Assembly (NCBI GenBank): GCA_038883855.1
Contig: JAVZLH010000001.1
Coordinates: forward strand, 1 to 64,000
Reading direction: 5' to 3'
DNA: 64,000 nt
DNA from: Candidatus Bathyarchaeia archaeon
Lineage (GTDB): Archaea; Thermoproteota; Bathyarchaeia; Bathyarchaeales; Bathycorpusculaceae
The notes below the pieces were generated by a model. That model was not told where the DNA came from. It saw only the letters and a list, made by a program, of their open reading frames with translations, and did not search any database. How positions within the stretch are numbered: the stretch's first letter is position 1; each line of letters begins with the position of its first letter. The translations under genes were made by a program, and so were the position numbers. Positions 1 to 9,412 of the stretch are shown here, one piece after another.

Positions 1-111
1 GTTGCGATGAAAGATACAGAGTTCGTTGACGGTTTGCCTATATCATGGCTTAAAGATTGCCTTAAAAGGGCATATGAGTTCATGGAAAAGCTGCCATTGG
101 ACGTTAAATAA
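1..111 (+). CDS. 3' end of a CDS entering from the left edge (VAMKDTEFVDGLPISWLKDCLKRAYEFMEKLPLDVK*), product unknown
   Basis: Frame 1 is open from base 1 to TAA at 109-111; same orientation as the downstream glycosyltransferases. Confidence 0.5.
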   Translation, partial: VAMKDTEFVDGLPISWLKDCLKRAYEFMEKLPLDVK

Positions 112-220
112 CGGCTTCACCTATAAGAGCTAATCATTGCTACATGAGGCTTTTAATAAAACAGTTTAAGAACGCGTATGCAGTAGATGCATACAGAAAA
201 ATTGTGCAAGGAGACTATTT

Positions 221-1072
221 ATGATAGGGAAAGTTGATTTGGTGATGTGGACTAAGAATGGTGCAGAAACCTTACCCATAGTTCTTAAAAGAATTAATAA
301 AACGATACCCAGCGAATTTGTTAATAACAAAGTAATTGTAGATGATAGAAGCACAGACGACACAAGGAAAATAGCAAAGTCTTTTGGATGGAACGTTGTT
401 TTTAACGAGGGGACAGGAATAAGCGACGGAGCCAACACTGCACTCAAATATGTAAAGTCAGATTTTTTTATTAGTTTTGAACAAGATTTGCTTTTGACTT
501 CTAATTGGTGGCAAAGAGTACCAAGACTTTTGAGTAACCCAAAGGTTGCAGTAGCCTCTGGCATAAGATTACCAGATCAGCCACTAATGCTTAGGAAAAT
601 ACAACAATATACTTATGAAAAGCATAGGGCGAGGGAAAGGAAAGGGGAATTTATTCTATACACACGGACCATTGATAATACAATCTACAAAACAAAAATA
701 ATTCGTCAAATAGGAGGTTTCCCAAAACTCTCTGGCTCGGCTGGCGTAGATCAAATTTTAGCCCAACGTATTCATTCAGCTGGATTCAAATGGGAAGTCG
801 ATTATGAGGTAATATCAATCCATCTTAGAAAGGGATTTCAAAATGAAATGGCACATAGCTATTGGTATGGCACATGTTTAGACGAATTAGAACACGCATT
901 ATTCAAAAGAAATGCAAATATTCGGAGACTATTATTACGCTTCGTGTTTAGTCCATTAAGAGGTTTGCATATAGCCTTAAAAGTGAGAGAACCGCGGTCT
1001 ATTTACATATATCCACTCGTCAGGTTAGCTGTTATAAGAGGTGTTGTTGACAAGAGAAAAGGGACAGTTTAA
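221..1072 (+). CDS. Glycosyltransferase family 2
   Basis: N-terminal VDLVMWTKNGAETL, IVDDRSTDDT and DxD-like EQD motifs. Confidence 0.85.
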   Translation: MIGKVDLVMWTKNGAETLPIVLKRINKTIPSEFVNNKVIVDDRSTDDTRKIAKSFGWNVVFNEGTGISDGANTALKYVKSDFFISFEQDLLLTSNWWQRVPRLLSNPKVAVASGIRLPDQPLMLRKIQQYTYEKHRARERKGEFILYTRTIDNTIYKTKIIRQIGGFPKLSGSAGVDQILAQRIHSAGFKWEVDYEVISIHLRKGFQNEMAHSYWYGTCLDELEHALFKRNANIRRLLLRFVFSPLRGLHIALKVREPRSIYIYPLVRLAVIRGVVDKRKGTV

Positions 1073-1177
1073 TCAATTAATTTTATAAATTAAAGAGGTA
1101 TGTATTAGTGCCTAAAGTTTTTACGAATAATTTGAAAACAGTATAAACAAAATACACAATGTTAGGAGAGAGCCAAA

Positions 1178-1948
1178 ATTAATCGACCAATAATTTCGGT
1201 AGTAGTTTGCGCACATAACGAGGAAAACTACATCGGCAAATGCTTAACTGCTTTAATGCTTGCATTAAAGGAATTAGAAAGTGAAGTAGTGCTTATTGCA
1301 GATAGATGTACAGACAAAACAGTGGAAAAAGCTAAGAAATATCCTATTAAAATTATTGAAAAAACATGGAGGCGCTGGCAAAACAGCTATTCTGAATCGT
1401 TACAGATGGGATACTTGAACGCAAAGGGTTATTACCTAAGCATAGTTGACGCGGACATTGTTGTGCCATCAAACTTTTTTAAAAAGATGATTATGCTTAT
1501 TGATGAAAAGACAGTGTCTGTTGCTGCGCATGTGATAACATATCCCGATGGTTTTTTAAACAGACTAATGAATTCTTGGGAGAGGACTTACAAATTTGCA
1601 CCATTAGGTCAAACACCTTACGGAGCCGCAAGAATAATTCGAAGGGGGGCATTAAACGAAATAGGTGGATTCAGAGATGTCCCTACACCAGACACAGACA
1701 TAGACATTAGGTTTACAAAGCATGGATACAAAAGCATCTTCAGCAGGGACATAACGGTTTATCACATAAGGCATATAACGTTGAAGTCAATAATAAATGG
1801 GCAGATTAACTGCGGAAGAGGACGCTACGACCTCGGAATTAGTCTCGCAAAAACTATGGGTCATGCATTATTACGTGTTAGACCATTTACTGTTTACGGA
1901 TGGATCTTGGAGAGACAGCGGCGGATGGCAGCTTGTAATCGTTCTTAA
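1178..1948 (+). CDS. Glycosyltransferase family 2; start extended upstream of the ORF-track ATG at 1256
   Basis: In-frame upstream sequence encodes the GT2 signature IISVVVCAHNEENYIGKCL; ADRCTDKT and VDAD motifs; in-frame TAG at 1163; candidate ATT start at 1178 after AGGAG. Confidence 0.8.
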   Translation: MNRPIISVVVCAHNEENYIGKCLTALMLALKELESEVVLIADRCTDKTVEKAKKYPIKIIEKTWRRWQNSYSESLQMGYLNAKGYYLSIVDADIVVPSNFFKKMIMLIDEKTVSVAAHVITYPDGFLNRLMNSWERTYKFAPLGQTPYGAARIIRRGALNEIGGFRDVPTPDTDIDIRFTKHGYKSIFSRDITVYHIRHITLKSIINGQINCGRGRYDLGISLAKTMGHALLRVRPFTVYGWILERQRRMAACNRS

Positions 1949-2868
1949 AATATACTTTGTCTCGCCAATCTGCCTAAAACATCGTTTAAGGTGAAGTTTG
2001 GTTTGTATCCAAGTTCATGCTTAGCTTTTTCTATGTTCGCCCAGCTTCTTTTGATGTCTCCTTCCCTCGGCTTTGTATAGACTGGTTCAACGTTTTTTAA
2101 ACCAAATTTTTCGATTAGAATCTTTGCAAGTTCTTTTATGGAAGTTTCTTTTCCAGAACCTACGTTAATCTCACCTATGCACTGCTTGGCATCCATAGCT
2201 TTGTAGAAGGCGTCAACAACATCTAAAACGTAAACGAAGTCCCTTGTTTGTGAACCGTCGCCGAAAATTATTGGTGGTTTACTAGACCTTAATTGGCGGA
2301 TGAACTGCGAAATAACACCGCTGTATGAATTGCCTTCTTGTCTTGGACCGTAAACATTGAAAAGTCTAAGGGAAACTGTTTTTAAGCCATAAAGTTTGTT
2401 GAAGACTTGACAATATTTTTCCGTTGTGAGTTTTGAAACGGCGTATGGCGATAAGGGGTTTGTTGGGTGTTCCTCGTTTATTGGCAAATATTGCGGTTCG
2501 CCATAGACAGCGCATGAGGATGCGTAAATGAACTTTGCAACATTGTTTTTGATGCTTTCCTCTAAAATGTTCAAGGAGCCACAAACATTCACTTGGTTAA
2601 CAAGCAGCGGGTTTTTGACGGAAAATTGGACATCGACAAGCGCCGCCAAATGAAAAACAACTTTAACACCTTTTAGAGCCTTTTTAACAAGTTTTTTATC
2701 GCGAATGTCACCTTTAAGAAAGAGTAGTCTTCGATTTTTCAAGTCGAGATTCTCGGTTTTCCCCGAAGACAGGTCATCAAGAACAACCACATTATAATCT
2801 TCCTTCAAAAGCCTCTCCACCAAGTAGCTTCCAATGAAACCAGCACCACCAGTTACTAGCACGCTCAT
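1945..2868 (-). CDS. NAD-dependent nucleotide-sugar epimerase/dehydratase (UDP-glucose 4-epimerase-like, extended SDR)
   Basis: VLVTGGAGFIG, YAVSK (YxxxK), LRLFNVYGP and RDFVYV motifs. Confidence 0.9.
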   Translation of the reverse strand: MSVLVTGGAGFIGSYLVERLLKEDYNVVVLDDLSSGKTENLDLKNRRLLFLKGDIRDKKLVKKALKGVKVVFHLAALVDVQFSVKNPLLVNQVNVCGSLNILEESIKNNVAKFIYASSCAVYGEPQYLPINEEHPTNPLSPYAVSKLTTEKYCQVFNKLYGLKTVSLRLFNVYGPRQEGNSYSGVISQFIRQLRSSKPPIIFGDGSQTRDFVYVLDVVDAFYKAMDAKQCIGEINVGSGKETSIKELAKILIEKFGLKNVEPVYTKPREGDIKRSWANIEKAKHELGYKPNFTLNDVLGRLARQSIF

Positions 2869-2879
2869 AAATTTTCCCT

Positions 2880-3839
2880 TCAAAGTTCAAGAATTAGGTT
2901 AGCTAAGTTTTCAGCTCCGTCGGGAAAGTTTGGTCTTGGCATTCCCTTCGATTTCTCTATTGCACTTAACAAATTATCTAGATTAATTTCTGAAACCAGC
3001 ACTGCATTTACTTTTTTCACCAAATGCTTTGCGTCTTCAGCACCCGCGGTTCTCGTCCATTCGGGGTTAGGAACAACAACCGTAGGTTTCTTGTATACCA
3101 GCGCTTCTAAAATTGTTGAGCCGAAATGTGTAATCACTATACCGGCGCCAGCAACAAGCTCATAAAACCGTGTAGAATACTCGATAATTTTCCATTCAGG
3201 ATGCCGCTTTTTATAAGGCTCTGGATTTACTTTTCCAGTTTGTAAAACCACATTTTCTAAGTTGCTTTGGGAAATTACGTCAAAAAGCTGTCTATGACCC
3301 AGCGTGCCGCCTGTTACGAGAATATACCCGCCGTTCCATGGTTTCACTTCAGGTTTTGGAAGCAGAGGCCCAACAACCACTCCCCTTTTTAAAAGTCTTT
3401 TTTGCTCTTCCCAATGCAATGCAGTGACGGTTGAAAAGGGCTGTAGTAAAAGCGCGGTTTTTGAAGCTTTTGTAAATCGAACGGAGCTTTCGATGTTAAT
3501 TAATGGTATGCCTTTCATCCAAGCAAAAAAACTTGGCGGTATACAAAAGTTACTGCCGGTGCTTACAACTGCATCAAAGTCGCTGGAGACTTGCCTAAAA
3601 GATTCGAGAAAAGCTTTTGTTAGTTTCGGAATGAATTCGCTTGTTGGGGTTTTAGCTTCCCGTGGCTTCAAAAGAAAGTCAACTGTGCCAAACTTGCTGA
3701 GTCTTTTTTGGCTTAAAATGTCTCCTTTAGGGACGAGAAAATGCATTTTAGCTCTGCCCTGAAGCCTCTGCGCTAATGCGCAACCGTATCCTGTGTGTCC
3801 GCCGCCGCCTGCCAGAATCACCACATTTTTAGTTGCCAA
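2880..3839 (-). CDS. Fused Alg14-Alg13 / MurG-like GT-B UDP-GlcNAc transferase (Agl24-like)
   Basis: GGGGHT N-terminal motif, STGSNFC and IESSVR in the Alg14-like half; LVTGGTLG, LQTG and ITHFGST in the Alg13-like half. Confidence 0.8.
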   Translation of the reverse strand: MATKNVVILAGGGGHTGYGCALAQRLQGRAKMHFLVPKGDILSQKRLSKFGTVDFLLKPREAKTPTSEFIPKLTKAFLESFRQVSSDFDAVVSTGSNFCIPPSFFAWMKGIPLINIESSVRFTKASKTALLLQPFSTVTALHWEEQKRLLKRGVVVGPLLPKPEVKPWNGGYILVTGGTLGHRQLFDVISQSNLENVVLQTGKVNPEPYKKRHPEWKIIEYSTRFYELVAGAGIVITHFGSTILEALVYKKPTVVVPNPEWTRTAGAEDAKHLVKKVNAVLVSEINLDNLLSAIEKSKGMPRPNFPDGAENLANLILEL

Positions 3840-3958
3840 TCACAGTCATCTCTCTTTTCTAGCGTGGTTTTTCTTTCGCAACTACATAATCAACAATAAG
3901 TATTTTAAAAACGTTAAGTGCTCTTAAGGTTTAAAAGAAATAAACTTGGTGCAACTCT

Positions 3959-5440
3959 TTGGCAAAGAACGAGATTAGACTGCAATATTCCGGTTTTATA
4001 ATTTTTGCAGCTAAACTATTTAGTGTAGTATCTGGCTTGGCTTTTCAGTTTATGATTGCACGAAATACGACAACGGATGAGTATGGCTTATGGTTTAACA
4101 TAAGCGACATACTAGGATATTTTACTTTGTTAGCTGGAGTTCTTCCTTTTTGGTCCATGAGGTTCGTAGCGAGAGGAAAAATGGGGGCGGCTAAAACTGG
4201 TATTGTTGCAAATTTAGTTATTTCTATAGTGGCTACAGCTTTTTATCTTTCCATTGTGCCTTTTATAACCTCCTCACTCAATATACCTGAGCGGTATATT
4301 CTGCTTTATTTTCTGATTTCAGTGCAAATAGTGGAACTTTACTTTATCAACGCTTTACAAGCTTGTTTGCAAGCAAAAATTCCACACACCATAGGATACG
4401 GGTTAATTATTGTAGAAGCGTGCAAAGTTGCTTTAGGCTACATTCTTATAATCTGTTTTAACCAACCTCTCCTCGGCGCTGTAACAAGCGTAATTGTAGC
4501 TTTTGCCCTTCAAATAATCTATTTTTTTAAGCTTTTAAGCGGAGAATTTAAGGCAAAAGTTGAGTGGAAGTATGTGCGAGAATGGCTTAAAGGTTCTGTT
4601 GCAAACATTTACAATGTTATAGGGAACCAAATTGCAGCTTTCATATTCATCTTATTATACGCTTACGGTGGTGGAGACGCCAGAGGGTATTATGGTGCAG
4701 CAGCACAGATCGCGACAGTAATCACGTATTCTTCTTTTCTCGCTTTTGCCTTATACCCAAAACTGTTGACGGAAAGGAAAGCGGAAGATGTGGAGACCGC
4801 GTTAAGAATGGTTTTACTTTTTGCAATCCCCATGACTGCCGGCGCATTAGCATTACCGGACTCATATCTGACCCTTTTGGAAGCGACTTACGTTGATGCA
4901 GTGCCGGTTCTAATAGTGCTAGCGCTAGACTCTTTCATAGCGACACTTTCTTCTCTCCTCGGTTTTGTTCTTTATGGTTTAGAAAAAGTAGATGAGAAAG
5001 CCACAATATCGTTTAGAGAATTAATCAGAAGCAAATTGTTCTTTTCTTTTTCATTGCCGTATTTCCATTCTTTAATAACCCTGCCTACAACGTTTTTTGT
5101 CTTATCCGTTTACACACAAAACCAGCCGTTACCATCAGCATTATGTGTCAGTAGTGTTAATTCAGCAGCTCGTTTCATAATGTTCATAATTTTATGCGTT
5201 ATTGTCCGAAAAATGACTAATGTAAAGATTCCTTGGGAAAATATTGTTAAATACTTGTTTGCTTCAATCGTCATGGCTGTAATTTTGTTCCTATTGCCTC
5301 ACCCTACGAGAATAATTACAACTTTAGCTATGACTGCAGCTGGTGGGGCGATTTACTTTATGTTGCTGATGGTTATAGACAAAGAAACGCGGTCCCTAAT
5401 TGGTTCGATGTGGCAGGAGATAACGTCAAAAATTGCATGA
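3959..5440 (+). CDS. Polysaccharide/oligosaccharide flippase (MOP/Wzx-like)
   Basis: 493 aa with about 13-14 hydrophobic segments; adjacent to the glycosyltransferase cluster. Confidence 0.75.
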   Translation: MAKNEIRLQYSGFIIFAAKLFSVVSGLAFQFMIARNTTTDEYGLWFNISDILGYFTLLAGVLPFWSMRFVARGKMGAAKTGIVANLVISIVATAFYLSIVPFITSSLNIPERYILLYFLISVQIVELYFINALQACLQAKIPHTIGYGLIIVEACKVALGYILIICFNQPLLGAVTSVIVAFALQIIYFFKLLSGEFKAKVEWKYVREWLKGSVANIYNVIGNQIAAFIFILLYAYGGGDARGYYGAAAQIATVITYSSFLAFALYPKLLTERKAEDVETALRMVLLFAIPMTAGALALPDSYLTLLEATYVDAVPVLIVLALDSFIATLSSLLGFVLYGLEKVDEKATISFRELIRSKLFFSFSLPYFHSLITLPTTFFVLSVYTQNQPLPSALCVSSVNSAARFIMFIILCVIVRKMTNVKIPWENIVKYLFASIVMAVILFLLPHPTRIITTLAMTAAGGAIYFMLLMVIDKETRSLIGSMWQEITSKIA

Positions 5441-5449
5441 AGACTTTAA

Positions 5450-5780
5450 GCACCGTTTTATCCCATAGCTGAATGAAAAGCATTTTTAAGGCTTTTACGA
5501 AAGCTTCATAGTTCGTCCATAATGCTGCCACTCGCTTTTTACCATTGTCTTTTCTTATTAGTAGAAGGAGTTGCTCGTTGTACTTTTACGCAGGTCACTG
5601 CGGGATGTGGACTCAACGCTGGCGGTTTTGTAATTGAGATAATCGTGTGTCTTTGACTTCGGTTGTTATTTGTTCTGCCACGAAATATTCAGAGTCTCGC
5701 TGTTTCTTCTTTCCGCCTTGGAATCCGAAAGCGACTACTTCTGCCGTTATTAGGTTTTCTGTCAACTTCTGCTTTACAGG
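5450..5780 (-). pseudogene. Degraded remnant resembling the C-terminus of a TrmB-family regulator
   Basis: Minus-strand frame reads NEQLLLLIRKDNGKKRVAALWTNYEAFVKALKMLFIQLWD without a start; upstream frame is broken. Confidence 0.4.
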
Positions 5781-5875
5781 TGACAAAATGATTCCTCGTC
5801 TCTGATAGAGAATGGTGGAAGAGCTGATTTAAATATTACTTCTAGCGATTCAATACGATTGTTTAGTCGAGACAA

Positions 5876-6145
5876 TTACAATAAAAGATCAGCCAAAACA
5901 TTTTGTAGTGTAGTTTTGTCTTTTAAGTTTCGGAAGATGGCTTTTCCTGTCCTGTAGAGGCGGAAGGATGCGTCTTTGAAGGATAGTTCGAAGATTATGG
6001 ATGCCATTGATGTTTTGGTTTGTGCTTTTTTCAGTATTTTGGTTATGGCTTCGTCTTTCTTTTCGTATTTAAATATTACGATGAACTCTTTTTCTTTTCC
6101 GCATGTTTCTTCTATTCTTGCCACGTAATCCTCGATGGTTGTCAT
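5876..6145 (-). CDS. Small hypothetical protein, last gene of the Fe-S operon
   Basis: 89 aa; ATGA overlap with the sufS stop; single Cys (ETCG). Confidence 0.7.
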   Translation of the reverse strand: MTTIEDYVARIEETCGKEKEFIVIFKYEKKDEAITKILKKAQTKTSMASIIFELSFKDASFRLYRTGKAIFRNLKDKTTLQNVLADLLL

Positions 6146-7383
6146 GAGATTTGCTCGATCTCCTTTAAGACTTCTAGGAATTTGTCGATTTCTTCGCGGG
6201 TGTTGTATATGTAAAAGCTTATTCTAACAGAGGATTTCAGCCCGAAAATTTCGTGTAATGGTTGGGCGCAGTGGAAGCCGCTTCGAACCATTATTCCATA
6301 ATTGTCAAGAAAGAGGGCAACATCATGGGAACTTAAGTCGCCAACATTGAAGGGAATTATTCCACACTTAATTGATTGGTCCTTTGGACCATAAATCTTA
6401 ACATTTTCATATTCTTGCATAAGGCGAAATGCGTATTTAGTCAACGTTTCTTCATGTGCCTTAACGTTTTCCATGCCTATCTTTTTAAGATATTTTATTG
6501 CTTCCATTAATCCAACGCCGCCGCAGACATTTGGGGTTCCCGCTTCAAACTTCCAAGGCAAATCATTCCATGTAATTGTGCACTGCTTTTTCTCCGAGTT
6601 AAAGGATACATTGCGTATCATTTCTCCTCCGCCTTGAAAAGGCTCCATTTTCTCAAGAATCTCGCGTTTGCCGTAAAGAACTCCTATGCCCGTTGGACCT
6701 AGCATTTTGTGTCCTGAAAAGGCGAGGAAATCCGCGTCTAAATCTTTAACGTTAACTGGCATGTGTGGAACTGATTGGGCGCCGTCTACAAGGATTAAGG
6801 CGTCATGTTCGTGGGCAGTTTTGGCGAGCTTTTTTATGTCGTTTATCACTCCGCTGACGTTTGAAACATGGCTTATGCACACCATTTTGGTTTTGTTTGA
6901 AATTTTGTTTTCGAAATCTTTGTAGTTTAGGGTGCCGTCATTGTTTACTTCTATGTATTTGATGTTGAAGCCTTTTATTTTGGAGAGGATTTCCCACGGG
7001 ACAATGTTGCTATGGTGTTCCATTGAAGAGACTAAAACTTCGTCGTTTTCCCGTAGGTTGTGGAGACCCCAGCTATACGCTACTAGGTTTATGGCTTCAG
7101 TTGCGCCTCTTACAAAGATTATTTCCTCTATGCTGTTAGCGTTTATGAACTTTGCAACTTCTTCATGCGCGTTTTCGTAAAGTTCCGTTGCCTCTTGGGA
7201 AAGCGTGTGAACTGCTCTGTGGACGTTGGCGTTGTGGTTTTCGTAGAAGTTCTTTATGGCTTCAATCACTTGCTTTGGCTTTTGGGATGTTGCAGCATTG
7301 TCGAAGTATATTAGTGGATGGTTGTTTATTTTCCGTTTTAGGATTGGGAAGTCTTCTCTGATTTTGTAAGGGTCAAAGGTCAT
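6142..7383 (-). CDS. sufS: Group II cysteine desulfurase SufS
   Basis: YFDNAATSQKP, MEHHSN, DGAQS, SGHKMLGPTG and RSGFHCAQP motifs. Confidence 0.93.
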   Translation of the reverse strand: MTFDPYKIREDFPILKRKINNHPLIYFDNAATSQKPKQVIEAIKNFYENHNANVHRAVHTLSQEATELYENAHEEVAKFINANSIEEIIFVRGATEAINLVAYSWGLHNLRENDEVLVSSMEHHSNIVPWEILSKIKGFNIKYIEVNNDGTLNYKDFENKISNKTKMVCISHVSNVSGVINDIKKLAKTAHEHDALILVDGAQSVPHMPVNVKDLDADFLAFSGHKMLGPTGIGVLYGKREILEKMEPFQGGGEMIRNVSFNSEKKQCTITWNDLPWKFEAGTPNVCGGVGLMEAIKYLKKIGMENVKAHEETLTKYAFRLMQEYENVKIYGPKDQSIKCGIIPFNVGDLSSHDVALFLDNYGIMVRSGFHCAQPLHEIFGLKSSVRISFYIYNTREEIDKFLEVLKEIEQIS

Positions 7384-7885
7384 TGCTGTCTACTCTCTTC
7401 CTCGTCATTCTCTTTTCCAGCATTTTAGCCAATTCCTCTTCTTCCAAAGCTTGTTTTTCCTCGAAGCTCAGCGCCTCTGGAAGCCATGAGGGCGATAAGC
7501 CTTTGTCTTTGTAGTATTTCCGAATTGCTCTTTTTAGTGCGCCAACTGCCAAGATGCCGCAGTGGAATTTCACTGTTGGCAGTCCGCCGACCTCTTCTGT
7601 TACGCTTTTCCAGCTTAGTTTCCAAGCGTCTTCAAGCTTCATGCCCTTAATCATTTCTGTGACTATGCTGGAGGTTGCTATGTTTGCCGCGCAACCGTAA
7701 CTTTCAAAGGTTGCCCGTTCGATAACGTCTTGTTCGTTGATTTTTAGGTAGAAGGTTATCATGTCCCCGCACATGGGGTTTCCAGCCACTGCTGTAACGG
7801 TTGCGTCTTCCATTTTTCCGAGGTTTTTGGGGTTGCGGAACAGTTCAAGCACTTTCGGATTGTAGGGTAAAGGTGCCCGCGACAT
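7373..7885 (-). CDS. iscU: Fe-S cluster scaffold IscU/NifU-N
   Basis: GNPMCGD, SYGCAA and LPTVKFHC: three Cys ligands plus an LPPVK-like motif. Confidence 0.9.
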   Translation of the reverse strand: MSRAPLPYNPKVLELFRNPKNLGKMEDATVTAVAGNPMCGDMITFYLKINEQDVIERATFESYGCAANIATSSIVTEMIKGMKLEDAWKLSWKSVTEEVGGLPTVKFHCGILAVGALKRAIRKYYKDKGLSPSWLPEALSFEEKQALEEEELAKMLEKRMTRKRVDSNDL

Positions 7886-7887
7886 TC

Positions 7888-9117
7888 TTATTCCACCTCA
7901 GTTGGGGTTTCGCCCACAATACCCCTTATTCTCTCAACAGCTTTCGGGAACACCTCTAAGACATAATCAATGTCTTCTTGAGTGTGGTTTCTTGTCACTT
8001 TCATAAGTATGCTGCCGTGGGCCTCGTCAAACTTTCTACCTATGGCAATCAAAACGTGGCTTGGCTGAAGCAGTCGCCTAGTGCAGGCGCTTCCGCTTGA
8101 AACATAAACGCCATTTAAGCTTAGTTCAATTGTCAATGCTTCACCCTCACATCTTAGGAAGCTAATGTTTGCGTTGTCTGGGGCCCTTTTCTCTCCTCGC
8201 GGTCCGTTAAGCCTAACATCAGGTATTCCTTCTATTATTCCGTTGATTAGTTTATCCCTAAGCCTCCGCATAAGCCCCACGTTTTCTTCAAAGTTTTGGA
8301 AAGTTAACTCAGAGGCTTTTGTGAATCCAACTATGAGGGGTGTGTTTTCGATTCCAGGCCAAAGTTTTTGCGTTCCTATTTGGCCTTCTAAAATTCTTTC
8401 TATGTTGACGCCTTCTTTTACGTATAGGGCGCCTATGCCTCTTGGTCCCAAAATTTTGTAGCTGCTTATGGTTGCCAAATCTATGCCTAACTCTTTTACG
8501 TTGAAGCGGATTTTTCCGTAGGCGTCTGAGGCGTCTGTGTGGAAAAGGGCTTCAGGGTTTTTGTCTTTGACTATTTCTTTTGCTTCTTTAACTGGCTGTA
8601 TTGTGCCTATCTCGTGGTTTACTGTGGATATGCTGACGAGAACTGTTTCCTTGTCTACGGTTTCTTTCAGCTTTTCTAAGTTTATGAAACCCTCAGCGTC
8701 AACGGACACTTTTGCCACGGTAAAGCCGTATTTTTGCAGCATGTCAGCAACATGTAGCACGCTTATCGGCTCGATTTCTGATATTACTATTTTTTTGCCT
8801 TTGCTCTTCATTGCGAAAGCCGCTCCCATCAGTGCGAGGTTGTTGGCTTCTGTTTCTCCAGGGGTGAAGTTTATTTCTTCAAGGGTTTTGCAGCCTAAAA
8901 AGCCAGCTATTTTTTGGGCTGACTCCATTATGGCTTCGAAGGCTTCCCAGCCTGGTTTATGGGTTAGGGTTGGGTTGCCGTAAGCCCGCTGGTTAAAGTA
9001 TGGGAGCATAGCCTCAACCACTTCTTTTGGAACTATTCCTGCGTTTTCGATGTCTAGGTAAACTTCTCGCTTGATTACTTCATGGGCTTTAAGCAGTTCC
9101 CTAACATTCTCAACCAT
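7888..9117 (-). CDS. iscS: IscS/NifS-like (group I) cysteine desulfurase homolog with degenerate active site
   Basis: SSGSACT loop and YKILGPRGIGALYV retained; several canonical residues substituted (see findings). Confidence 0.8.
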   Translation of the reverse strand: MVENVRELLKAHEVIKREVYLDIENAGIVPKEVVEAMLPYFNQRAYGNPTLTHKPGWEAFEAIMESAQKIAGFLGCKTLEEINFTPGETEANNLALMGAAFAMKSKGKKIVISEIEPISVLHVADMLQKYGFTVAKVSVDAEGFINLEKLKETVDKETVLVSISTVNHEIGTIQPVKEAKEIVKDKNPEALFHTDASDAYGKIRFNVKELGIDLATISSYKILGPRGIGALYVKEGVNIERILEGQIGTQKLWPGIENTPLIVGFTKASELTFQNFEENVGLMRRLRDKLINGIIEGIPDVRLNGPRGEKRAPDNANISFLRCEGEALTIELSLNGVYVSSGSACTRRLLQPSHVLIAIGRKFDEAHGSILMKVTRNHTQEDIDYVLEVFPKAVERIRGIVGETPTEVE

Positions 9118-9412
9118 AAACTTTCAAGTCCCTTTTTTCTTCAACATTTTAATAGGTTTTAGCTTATAGAAAAGGCATTTGGCTTTAAAGGCTTAGACGT
9201 TATAGTTGTAGCTGAATTTTCCTACATATTTTGGTCAGAAAAACAACCAATAGCAACCCCCCTCTAGATTTCCCATAAGAAAATTTGGTAATACTTGAAG
9301 TGTTTGTTTTTAGATTGCCATGTTGCAGTTTGATTACCACTACAGATTGTTGTTTCAAAATTTTTAAAAAACAGTTAAAGTAAATCCGTAAACCGCTTGG
9401 AAGGGGTTTCAG

